A DNA stretch of 32,000 bases from an archaeon. GTDB taxonomy: Archaea; Asgardarchaeota; Thorarchaeia; Thorarchaeales; Thorarchaeaceae. The notes under the pieces were generated by a model. That model had not been told where the DNA came from, ran no database searches, and was given only the letters and a program-made list of their open reading frames with translations. The DNA lies in assembly GCA_024275415.1 (NCBI GenBank), contig JAJRZD010000016.1, positions 1 through 32,000 on the forward strand, given 5' to 3'. Numbering within the stretch: position 1 is the first letter of the stretch; each line of letters opens with the position of its first letter. Position numbers and translations under genes: made by a program. Below are positions 8,658 through 17,066 of the stretch, in pieces.

Positions 8658-10982
8658 GTGGGTTTGGTGGGAAACAATCTTGAAACACGGATTCGTGAAG
8701 ACGAATACGAGTCAATGGTGGAACCTGAAAAGAAAAAACTGACCCAAGACGAGATCGAGGAAATTTTCAAGGATGCTACAGACGATTTTTCCGTGTCAGG
8801 ATCTAGTTGCCATATCCTCGGTGACCCAGTTGCAGACTCGGGAGAAGCCAAGGGACATTGTGAAACTTCTTTGCCAAGATTAATTGACAGTTGTGAGAAA
8901 TTCGAACAAGTCCTGAGAATCATCCCCTCTGAAATGCGGCTCAAAAGGGGTTTTGAGAAAAAACTTCGAGATGTTAGAGCCTATTTTAAGAGTAGCATGA
9001 AAGGAGAAATTCCATCATTTATTATCGAGTTAGAGGAGCGATTAATCCGCGCCCTCTATGAGGTGATTCATAGTGGTCCTCCAGAGGTTCAGATCCATTC
9101 AATGAGAGAGGTTCGCGAACTACTAACAAAATATCCCAGAGAAAAAGAGGAAGAAGAATTCAGTGAACGATACAGAAAATCCAGTATCTACTTCAAGGTT
9201 CGAAAAAACAAAACTCACTCCCAAAACGAACTTGCCAAAATTCACGGTATCATTCAAGGGAGAATAAGTGACTTCAAGGCAGGGAAAGAACCAACCTTGA
9301 TTTCTCGGCTACGTCGATATGAGGAAGAAAAAATAATCAGAAAGTGGACGGAAGTAGAACTCGATCGGTTCCAATATAATGAGCTGCTGACTATTCTACG
9401 GAAGCATCAATGTTATAATTTCGGTGAAGTAGCCGTATTGAGAAAGAACACATTGCAAGGAGCCTATGAAGTTACTCCAACGACCTTCCATCTAATGAAT
9501 GAAGATGTCGGCTTTGAGCATATTGAATCCCAGATGTTTTCATCCATTGTATTTACGATGTTGCAAGAACTGGACAAGACCAATTCTAGGATTGTTTATC
9601 TTGATTATGGTAATAATCACTCTGCTTGGCACTCATTACCAGATGAGATGCACAATAAAATTCGGGACGTTATAGAGAATTCAATAAAAGAGAAGACCCA
9701 GATTGCACCCCTCGCTGATAACATCCGAGTTGGTATTGTGGATTGCCGACTGTATATTTGGAATCCCGACAAATCGCCAAATAAAATGATAAACGCTTGG
9801 AGCAATCAGTTCTTCCATTTCACACCAAGTGATCTTTCAGATATCATTCTCGAAACAGGAAAGCAACTGCAACTGAAATGCAGCGGCTATGAACAATTGC
9901 GTCATCTAAACAAACTTGTTAAACAAGTCATTTCCAACAAGGCATCAGATAGGATCCGAGTTGGTGATAAAGGTTCCAGAATCTTAGGTGAGGTACTCCA
10001 TCTAATCTGTGACATCTTAGGGATATCACCAAGGTCTATTGAAGGAACGATTGAAGCTGTTACTGGCAGAAACGGGCGAGGCGGTATTACTCGTCCTAAA
10101 TTACTAGAAGGAATGGAATTGGAGGTTCTTCGCGCAAGACTTGGTGCAATTGTCAATAGCGATTGTTGGTTGGGGCGGAGCGGGCGATTACAATATTCCG
10201 AATCTGATAGAGGGAGAATTAGAATTGTGACAAAATTATTACAGTGCTTTGGAGAGATGTCACCCAAATTGATATCAAATGACGCTAATCGGAGCCTTCG
10301 GATGTGGATACCAATACCGATGGGAAATGCTTTCATCTACTGGGGTTTTACTTCCGGCGAGAAACCACTTCAAAATGAACATCTTCCCAGACTTGTCAAA
10401 GAGAGTTCCCATGAATCACATATTGCTTATCTAGAGGAATTGATTTCAGAAGACGGGTGCTTTGACCATGTGTCAGGTTTCAGATGGAGTCGAACTATCG
10501 TTCTGAAGCCGGGTAAGGATAATGCAAGTTATAATCTCGAATCGGATCTGTGTCAGGCTGATATTGCGTTCCTAATGAATCTCAAATATGCACGATGGGA
10601 AACAAAGAGAGGCCACATCTATATTCCAATAGGTAAGCTATCTGAGCACTCGAAGCATTTAACCGGTCAGGACTTAAGCATCACGAGTCGTATTCTTTCG
10701 GTTGTCCTGACAAATCGAAGTAGACTATTGGATGATGAGGTATCTCTTGCAACTGGGCTAGGGATCACTATAGAAGTATATCCTGAGTGCATAACTATCT
10801 ACACGAAGACAGGTAGAGTCTCTTTAAAGTGGATAGCAAAAACAAAACGAAAAGAAGATGCGATTCGATGGGCGCTTATTGCACTGCCAAATGACGAACG
10901 GAAGCGGGAACGTGTTCGGAAATGGCTTGCGTTGGTTGCAAAAGATGTTGAAAGAATACAGTTCCCATTCTGGCCTGAATAA
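8658..10982 (+). CDS. Large protein with XRE-like HTH and double LAGLIDADG (DOD-type) endonuclease-like domain; no intein splicing motifs
   Basis: HTH SQNELAKIHGIIQGRISDFKAG (~9219-9284). LAGLIDADG-like motifs LGAIVNSDC (10140-10166) and LEELISEDG (10431-10457) are 97 aa apart, with the intein-endonuclease-like linker GEKPLQNEHLPRLV..S.E..IAYL. Start codon uncertain. Confidence 0.7.
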   Translation: MGLVGNNLETRIREDEYESMVEPEKKKLTQDEIEEIFKDATDDFSVSGSSCHILGDPVADSGEAKGHCETSLPRLIDSCEKFEQVLRIIPSEMRLKRGFEKKLRDVRAYFKSSMKGEIPSFIIELEERLIRALYEVIHSGPPEVQIHSMREVRELLTKYPREKEEEEFSERYRKSSIYFKVRKNKTHSQNELAKIHGIIQGRISDFKAGKEPTLISRLRRYEEEKIIRKWTEVELDRFQYNELLTILRKHQCYNFGEVAVLRKNTLQGAYEVTPTTFHLMNEDVGFEHIESQMFSSIVFTMLQELDKTNSRIVYLDYGNNHSAWHSLPDEMHNKIRDVIENSIKEKTQIAPLADNIRVGIVDCRLYIWNPDKSPNKMINAWSNQFFHFTPSDLSDIILETGKQLQLKCSGYEQLRHLNKLVKQVISNKASDRIRVGDKGSRILGEVLHLICDILGISPRSIEGTIEAVTGRNGRGGITRPKLLEGMELEVLRARLGAIVNSDCWLGRSGRLQYSESDRGRIRIVTKLLQCFGEMSPKLISNDANRSLRMWIPIPMGNAFIYWGFTSGEKPLQNEHLPRLVKESSHESHIAYLEELISEDGCFDHVSGFRWSRTIVLKPGKDNASYNLESDLCQADIAFLMNLKYARWETKRGHIYIPIGKLSEHSKHLTGQDLSITSRILSVVLTNRSRLLDDEVSLATGLGITIEVYPECITIYTKTGRVSLKWIAKTKRKEDAIRWALIALPNDERKRERVRKWLALVAKDVERIQFPFWPE

Positions 10983-11167
10983 ATCAAGTATGACTTGAAT
11001 CTTGAAAAGAGTAGCTGGAATTTTGGATATCGTAAACGAGAATTTCATTACAATCAATATGAAATATTCTCTCCTATTGCGAAGCGATGCCAAGGGGCAT
11101 TTCAAATCAAATTCCTCTGGCAACTGGTTCTCTACTAGTATTCCTTTGTTTCAGTAGAATATTCAGA

Positions 11168-11392
11168 TCATATTATGCATGAATTGAAGACCTTTCCTAG
11201 AATATACTCTAACGGCCAAAATCCTACAATCAAAGAATTACGCACTGTTCGTAATTGGCTTTGTGGAAAATATGGTTTCCCTAGTTCAATTTCCTCGGGG
11301 TTTCCACTTTCTACTTCTTGCTTAAGATTGGAATCCCTTATCATCGTAAAAAAAAGAAGTAACTCTCTCCCAAGATATAATCCGGTAGTCAT
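11168..11392 (-). pseudogene. Possible decayed ORF remnant within island
   Basis: Short open fragments interrupted by stops in an AT-rich region. No recognisable family. Confidence 0.2.
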
Positions 11393-11442
11393 CGTCAGTC
11401 ATATTTACGCCTTAGTTCAATTAGAGCCATTATTCCTATGAT

Positions 11443-12064
11443 TCAAATCGCTGAGGTAATGGTGACGGTTTCTGTTCTATTAATCCCACCTGAGAATTCC
11501 CTTACACTGAAATCAACAACCAATTCACTTACAAAATCATCCTTTGGGATCCTCTCAGAGGTAAGGTTGAATGTCCATAAGATCCGAAACTGTTGTGGTT
11601 CTTCTCCTCCCGTGATATGACTATAGCTTGAATTCATTAGCCAATATTGCATCATTATGAATCCTGGTGATTCATCATGTTTTCGCATCCATGCATGTGA
11701 AATGCCTTTGCCCTATGGATTCAAAAGCAACCGATTCGTTAATAGCGTAGTGACCATTTCCTAAATAATATCTAGGTATTAATTTGAAAGAAATGTTTTG
11801 ATGAGCATATATTCTTGTATAGTTCATCTGAAACGAAAAAAGAAACCAGAATGAATCGTTTGTTTCGGAAAAAGTGATATCAAATTTCCCAAATGTAATG
11901 TTCTCAATGATTCGAATTGAACTGCTATTTCTACATTCAATAGTGAAATGATAGTTAATATCAGTGTATTGCGATTGAACGAAGAAAAAGGTGAAGACTG
12001 TACTAATAGTTAGGAGAATGATGATAACAATTGCAGTTATCTTCGGTCGAACTGGAACTGACAT
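11443..12064 (-). pseudogene. Frameshifted membrane-anchored, N-glycosylated surface protein
   Basis: Overlapping ORFs 11675-12064 (N-terminal TM anchor) and 11443-11688. Deleting one base of the CCC run at 11711-11713 fuses them (..ESIGKGISHAWMRKHDESPG..). Nine N-x-S/T sequons. Confidence 0.5.
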
Positions 12065-12428
12065 CTATCTCCCTCTCCGATGTTCTAGGCATGCCACACC
12101 ACATAAAGGTCATATTATCTCTTTTTGGTTACGGTAGGAGGGAGATGGAAGTTTCATAAAAAACAAGAAGGCTGTTCAATTTCTACTCTGCATCATGGCA
12201 ATGATACTATTGCTACAAGGATACAACTCAGACATTGGATTTTTGTCTTTACTCGCTCTACGATATTCCTTTTGGTTCTAGCAAAATCTTGATTTTGTGA
12301 ATACCATGCAGGTATGGTCCAGTGAGTGATAATCAAGGCACATCATGAACCGGAACCTTCCTGTTCATTGACATGTGTTCTTCCTATTTTGTTCTCATTT
12401 TCATCTACACTTTTGATGTCAGATAGTA

Positions 12429-12462
12429 TCAAACCCCGCCAGGGTCTCCATCGTGTTTTCTT
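12429..12462 (+). repeat. Degenerate duplicate of tRNA-Thr 3' end and downstream T-tract (attR-like)
   Basis: TCAAACCCCGCCAGGGTCTCCATCGTGTTTTCTT versus TCAAATCCCGCCAGGGGCTCCATCGAGCTTTCTT at 8476-8509. Confidence 0.8.
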
Positions 12463-12495
12463 TTCAGAGGTGTATATCATAATCGAGTGATGCTT

Positions 12496-12723
12496 TCACC
12501 AGCCCATCTGTCGTCTTCGCGACATGGCTTCTGCGTACTCTTGTGATTCTCCGTCGAAGTACATGTTCTCTTCGACAATAGACTGATGTATCTTCTCGCC
12601 AATCCTCCTTCTACCTACCTTGTATGAATGATGCGTTCCATGCTCAGTTCTCTTATCGCGGCTGAACAGGACTGCTAATAGGATCACGCCGCCAAACAGT
12701 ATGAACAGGTATATCCCTAACAT
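12496..12723 (-). CDS. Small single-pass membrane protein, hypothetical
   Basis: N-terminal hydrophobic helix. The ATG at 12723 is preceded by GGAGTG. Confidence 0.55.
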   Translation of the reverse strand: MLGIYLFILFGGVILLAVLFSRDKRTEHGTHHSYKVGRRRIGEKIHQSIVEENMYFDGESQEYAEAMSRRRQMGW

Positions 12724-12945
12724 GGGATCACACTCCACGTGTTCTTTGTAGTGCATCCTTATTTGGTTTTGCAATTAGATACTTTGCACACAAACATCCG
12801 TGGTACTCGTTAAGTACCACCTAGGCGGAGTCCCATTTTGAAGTATCAGAAAAATGGGCACAATGTGACATCTGTAGCGCAGGCTGCGTTGGCTGATGCG
12901 TTACCAAGTGCAGAGTCATCGATATGTCGTCTTGTAATCCTTGGG

Positions 12946-13434
12946 CTATTCTGCCCCCACCCAGTCAGGGGACAAACGCAACCTACAGACCAGTTCTTTT
13001 CCATGAGTGTATTTCTCATCAGAATCAAGATATTCTTGTAGTTTCTCGATGAAAAGTTTCATCGTAGAGGGATTCACGCTGATGCCGACCTCGAAACCAT
13101 CGAGAATGAACGGCTCGTTATCCATTGCATCCAACCCTATGCGAACCACAAGTTGATCCAGCCATCGGATGGTCGCACCGTGTTCTTTCCCGTATGTTAC
13201 ATGATCAAAGTCCGTAGGGGGATTGCACTTGTATTTCTTGGTTCCCTTACCATAGATTTGGAAGACATCTAGCAGTCGTTGAAGGCTATCTTTTATCGTC
13301 TGTAGCGACTCATCGTCTCCCATAATATAGACTTCATCTCTCCACTTGCCGCTCTGTTCGTCCTTGACCTGCCAGATTTGGAAATTCAGGTCATCAAACA
13401 CTTTCTTGTCCGTGCTGGAAGTCATATCATTCAT
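12946..13434 (-). CDS. Hypothetical protein
   Basis: Globular-looking ORF, third gene of a tightly spaced minus-strand run. AGAGGA precedes the ATG at 13434 (or 13425). Confidence 0.65.
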   Translation of the reverse strand: MNDMTSSTDKKVFDDLNFQIWQVKDEQSGKWRDEVYIMGDDESLQTIKDSLQRLLDVFQIYGKGTKKYKCNPPTDFDHVTYGKEHGATIRWLDQLVVRIGLDAMDNEPFILDGFEVGISVNPSTMKLFIEKLQEYLDSDEKYTHGKELVCRLRLSPDWVGAE

Positions 13435-13494
13435 TCCTCTCTTTGCTGAAATGAGAATGTTCCTGCGATACCTTATGTCTGAAAGGTCATCCAC

Positions 13495-13863
13495 TCATTT
13501 AAGCATTCCATTCTCCTCAAGAAGACATTCCGTATTGGTACAGGCGTCCTTCCTGAGCCGTTCGTTATGTCGCAGCTTCCTGAGTGCATTTATGACGAGA
13601 TAACCCCCAATCACTGACAAGCAGATTATCCCGAAGACGAGGGCGGCGATGAAAACAAAGACATCCACTATAGAATAATACCTTGAGGTCGCAACGAGGA
13701 TGGTCAACAATGACATCGGGATTGTCAAGACGCCGATGCCAGTACGTAACTGGGCAAAATGTGTCCGCTTCTCAGCCTCAAGAGTCCGTATAATGGCCAG
13801 TGCAGTTCTGAGATTACTGTCCTTCGTATACATATGCCCGTCATTGTCAACCATGTCTTTCAT
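13495..13863 (-). CDS. DUF202/YidH-like membrane protein
   Basis: LAIIRTLEAEKRTHFAQLRTGIG resembles the DUF202 LA.ERT.LA..RT pattern, followed by two TM helices. Confidence 0.7.
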   Translation of the reverse strand: MKDMVDNDGHMYTKDSNLRTALAIIRTLEAEKRTHFAQLRTGIGVLTIPMSLLTILVATSRYYSIVDVFVFIAALVFGIICLSVIGGYLVINALRKLRHNERLRKDACTNTECLLEENGMLK

Positions 13864-14106
13864 CTACCTGCGGTCATCAAGTAACGGATCTGTTTTGCCT
13901 TTTCTTCGAGCTAGCAGTTTTTGAGCATCCTCATCGCCACCAATCTCACTAAGAAGTTTGAATGTTTCTTGGTCATCCTCTCGTTCTATCCATTTCTCCA
14001 CCTGCTTGTACACTTCGGGTGAGAGGTCTCTTGCTAGTTTCTTCTTACGTTCCTTCTTGCTCAGCTCCAAGTCATCAGGTCCCAGAAGGCTCATTTCATC
14101 CACCAT
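13864..14106 (-). CDS. Small charged hypothetical protein
   Basis: Its stop directly abuts the DUF202 start. Composition is protein-like. Confidence 0.55.
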   Translation of the reverse strand: MVDEMSLLGPDDLELSKKERKKKLARDLSPEVYKQVEKWIEREDDQETFKLLSEIGGDEDAQKLLARRKGKTDPLLDDRR

Positions 14107-14199
14107 TTGAAGAACTGCGTCATATCGTTAAGACCTTTCGCATATCCCGAAGGAACAAAAGGAGGTTTTTCCTTTCCTCTATTGGGGAAAACGATTAGG

Positions 14200-15909
14200 A
14201 TGTCAAACAATATCCGTGATGACCTACCTTGGTGGAAAAAGACAACAGTCTATCAGATATATCCAAGGAGCTTCAAGGACAGCAACCAGGACGGGATTGG
14301 CGATATTCCCGGCATCATCTCAAAACTGGACTACCTTCAGGAGTTGGGCATCGAAACAATTTGGCTCTCACCATTCTTTGATAGTCCTCAGCGCGACCAT
14401 GGTTATGATGTGCGTGACTATCGTAGCATCGCATCCGAGTATGGAACAATGTCTGATTGTGAACGGCTCATCAGGGAAATACATGCCCACAATATGTTTG
14501 TTGTCTTTGATATGGTGCTGAACCACACATCCGATATGCATCCGTGGTTCATAGAATCTCGTTCCAGCCGCGACAATCCTAAGCGTGATTGGTATATCTG
14601 GCGTGATGGGCGGAAGCCCGGAGGGAGGAAACCTCCGAACAACTGGAACTCGATGGTCGGTGGATCCGGCTGGCATTATGATGAGTTGACTGACCAATGG
14701 TACTGGGCCCAGTTCCTACCTTTCCAGCCTGATCTCAACTATCGAAATTCTGAGGTCAAAAAGGAGATGTTTGATACACTTCGGTTCTGGTTGGACAAAG
14801 GCGTTGACGGGTTTCGTCTGGACATCATCCACACCATCTACGAGGATGAGCAGCTCCGCGATAATCCGTATGCCATGAAGTACCTCCCTTCAGAAGAGGA
14901 TTCTAGGAGTTTCTTCCACGACAACATTCACACTATCCACCACCGTGACAACTTTTTGTTCGTCAAGGAACTTCGACGGATACTTGATGAGTATTCTGAT
15001 CCAGAACGTTTTCTTGTGGGCGAGGTGGGAGCACCATATGACATCCTGAAGAGGTATTGTGGTGATGTGACCAATGACGGCAGGACAGATGGGTTGCATA
15101 TGACCTTCCAATTCAAATCTCTCAATACCAACATGAATGCCTCCTCGATTCGGAAACTCATTTCAGACTTTGAAACCCACTTCCCAGAGCCCTATATCCC
15201 AACATGGGTGTTTTCCAACCATGACCAGATGCGCCGAATCAGCAAGTTGGGAAATGATATCCCCCTAGCCAAGCTCAATGCAGTTCTACAGCTCACTGCC
15301 AGAGGAGTGCCGTTCATCTATTATGGGGAGGAGATCGGGATGCTTGACCACAACATATCCCTCCATGATGCACAAGATCCAGTGGCTCGAAAATACAGTT
15401 GGCTCCCACGTCCATTACTTGCTCTCATCACTCGCGGGGGCAAGATATCTCTGAATAGGGACAATTGCCGTACACCGATGCAATGGGACTCGTCAGACAA
15501 CGCCGGTTTCACCGGGTCCGAAGTCCATCCGTGGTTACCTTTAGAACCGCGCTACCATAGCATCAATGTTGAAAGACAGGAGAGCGATATGGACTCGTTG
15601 CTGAATTGCTACAAGACACTCCTTCAAATCAGAAAAAGAAATCCCGCTCTGCATGCGGGATCAATGCACCTTCACCCATCCAACACAGCGTCAAAGCATC
15701 TCATTGTATATGATCGCAAATACAGAAGGAATGATATGGTGGGGCAGTCCTTACGGATTCTGTTGAACCTCTCACGCACACCTATGGAAGTGGATAGGAT
15801 TGACAGTGATTGTGTGCTTCTCTTTTCGACACACAAAGACACACATCCACTTGATGATAGGGATGTGATTTTGGAGCCCTTTGAAGGGATAATCCTTGAC
15901 ATACAATGA
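14200..15909 (+). CDS. GH13 alpha-glucosidase / oligo-1,6-glucosidase
   Basis: WWKKTTVYQIYPRSF, DMVLNHTS, GFRLD (nucleophile), VGE (acid/base), SNHD, RDNCRTPMQW. Start refined from 14107 to the ATG at 14200. Confidence 0.93.
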   Translation: MSNNIRDDLPWWKKTTVYQIYPRSFKDSNQDGIGDIPGIISKLDYLQELGIETIWLSPFFDSPQRDHGYDVRDYRSIASEYGTMSDCERLIREIHAHNMFVVFDMVLNHTSDMHPWFIESRSSRDNPKRDWYIWRDGRKPGGRKPPNNWNSMVGGSGWHYDELTDQWYWAQFLPFQPDLNYRNSEVKKEMFDTLRFWLDKGVDGFRLDIIHTIYEDEQLRDNPYAMKYLPSEEDSRSFFHDNIHTIHHRDNFLFVKELRRILDEYSDPERFLVGEVGAPYDILKRYCGDVTNDGRTDGLHMTFQFKSLNTNMNASSIRKLISDFETHFPEPYIPTWVFSNHDQMRRISKLGNDIPLAKLNAVLQLTARGVPFIYYGEEIGMLDHNISLHDAQDPVARKYSWLPRPLLALITRGGKISLNRDNCRTPMQWDSSDNAGFTGSEVHPWLPLEPRYHSINVERQESDMDSLLNCYKTLLQIRKRNPALHAGSMHLHPSNTASKHLIVYDRKYRRNDMVGQSLRILLNLSRTPMEVDRIDSDCVLLFSTHKDTHPLDDRDVILEPFEGIILDIQ

Positions 15910-15924
15910 TTCGCTCCGTTATTC

Positions 15925-15930
15925 TTATAA
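15925..15930 (+). promoter_or_regulatory. Probable TATA box of tRNA-Pro
   Basis: TTATAA about 32 nt upstream of the tRNA 5' end. Confidence 0.5.
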
Positions 15931-15961
15931 CTGGACGCAACATACCAGAGCAATGACCAAT

Positions 15962-16099
15962 GGGTCGGTGGTCTAGCTTGGCTACAATTGGTCTACATGA
16001 CCCGTTGCCAAAAATGATTCTTGGTTTGGGACCAAGAACGACTCGCCATCTTGGCAAGAGTCCAAGGGATCCCCGGTTCGAATCCGGGCCGGCCCACCA
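15962..16099 (+). tRNA. tRNA-Pro(TGG) with two 30-nt introns (15984-16013 in D-loop; 16031-16060 at canonical 37/38)
   Basis: Removing both introns gives a 78-nt cloverleaf: GGGTCGG/CCGGCCC, D arm GTCT..TGAT, CTTGG-TTTGGGT-CCAAG (TGG at 16027-16029, G37), CCCGG-TTCGAAT-CCGGG, A73, CCA. Intron 2 forms a full BHB. Intron 1 forms a relaxed BHB. Confidence 0.9.
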
Positions 16100-16143
16100 T
16101 CCCATTTCTTTCATGGCGATACCTAGTGGTGCTTAGTCTGTAT

Positions 16144-17061
16144 TCAGACACTCGTGTTCAATTTCTTGAGAATTATCTGTTGAAGGGCCACTCCTGCCTG
16201 AAACACATGGGCATAGTTGAAACCCCATGGAATGACCACTCCTTCTGCCTGTTGGTTTTCCCGCAGTTCAATATCATCCCTCAAGAGGCAGCATTTCGCC
16301 AAGAACACGCCCTCTTCGGGTAGATTTCGGGCTGGACAGATATCATCAAAAGCATTGACATCAGCCCCACAAGCATCTGCGGCCTCTCGTGTACGCTGGC
16401 ATCCGATTACATGTATCGACTGACGACTGACTTTATACAGATCCTTATCCACTGAATAGACTTTCTGCGGTACTCGATCAATGATTTCTGTGAACCTGCA
16501 GGGGATAAGGACGTCTTTCCCATGGATCCGTTCAACCAGCTCTCCTTCATCGATTAGGTGGAACCTCACAGGATAGCTTTCCGGAATCATCCCTGAATAC
16601 CGGAGCACATCGAATGCAGCCTCAAGTTTGCTTGGTGACGGAGGAATGACATCTACTACTTGAATCACTGGTAATTCAAGAGGCTCCTTGAGATAGGCGA
16701 ACGTGATATGGTCGTGCTTTGAGATGAAGACCTTGATTTCGGGCTCCTTCAGCCCTACCTCATTCCTGCTTAGCCAACAAAGGACATCAAGGATGTTGGA
16801 CAGGTCAATACTTGGGTCTTGGACAAGATGCTTGGAAACACCTGCACCTATCTCTTTGATGCCCGAAATCCTGATGAATGGCTCCTCTACTGATGTTCCC
16901 TGGATGGCATATACCCCCAGTACTCTATCATTGTCCGCATTGAGGTATACACAATACTCTGTGGTCTCATATGTGAGTGATCCCTCTAACTGCTCGATAG
17001 AATCGATCTCGGCTTCAGTGATTACCTTCACAGTCCGTGAGTGTTTCGGTATTATTGGCAT
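16144..17061 (-). CDS. Cys-rich hypothetical protein (possible metal/Fe-S binding)
   Basis: C-terminal motifs LIPC, VIGC, DICP, KCC, VIPWG. GGAGGT SD lies inside the 3' end of the radical SAM gene. Confidence 0.7.
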   Translation of the reverse strand: MPIIPKHSRTVKVITEAEIDSIEQLEGSLTYETTEYCVYLNADNDRVLGVYAIQGTSVEEPFIRISGIKEIGAGVSKHLVQDPSIDLSNILDVLCWLSRNEVGLKEPEIKVFISKHDHITFAYLKEPLELPVIQVVDVIPPSPSKLEAAFDVLRYSGMIPESYPVRFHLIDEGELVERIHGKDVLIPCRFTEIIDRVPQKVYSVDKDLYKVSRQSIHVIGCQRTREAADACGADVNAFDDICPARNLPEEGVFLAKCCLLRDDIELRENQQAEGVVIPWGFNYAHVFQAGVALQQIILKKLNTSV

Positions 17062-17066
17062 CTCTA

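Larger units (their letters stand above)
8476..12462. mobile_element. Putative tRNA-Thr-integrated island (attL/attR-like direct repeat; no integrase seen)
   Basis: 8476-8509 and 12429-12462 match at 30 of 34 nt. The interior looks AT-richer than the flanks by eye and carries decayed ORFs. Confidence 0.65.

Noticed and set aside
8658-10982. Intein or intron-encoded homing endonuclease interpretation
   Set aside because: There is no Cys/Ser-initiated splicing block, no terminal His-Asn motif, no flanking extein, and the upstream tRNA is complete, so the ORF is not inside an intron.
8498-12428. Integrase or transposase gene in the island
   Set aside because: No R-H-R-H-Y tyrosine recombinase, serine recombinase or DDE pattern was recognisable in any listed ORF. 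Degraded remnants cannot be excluded without a search.
16001-16057. Alternative anticodon readings (GCC Gly, CAT Met) inside the 138-nt tRNA
   Set aside because: They do not give a correctly spaced cloverleaf and both lie in the introns. Only TGG yields a valid anticodon stem and a canonical BHB.
15782-16114. ORFs 15782-16114 (-) and 16021-16323 (+)
   Set aside because: They overlap the tRNA-Pro gene and neighbouring genes and are shadow frames.
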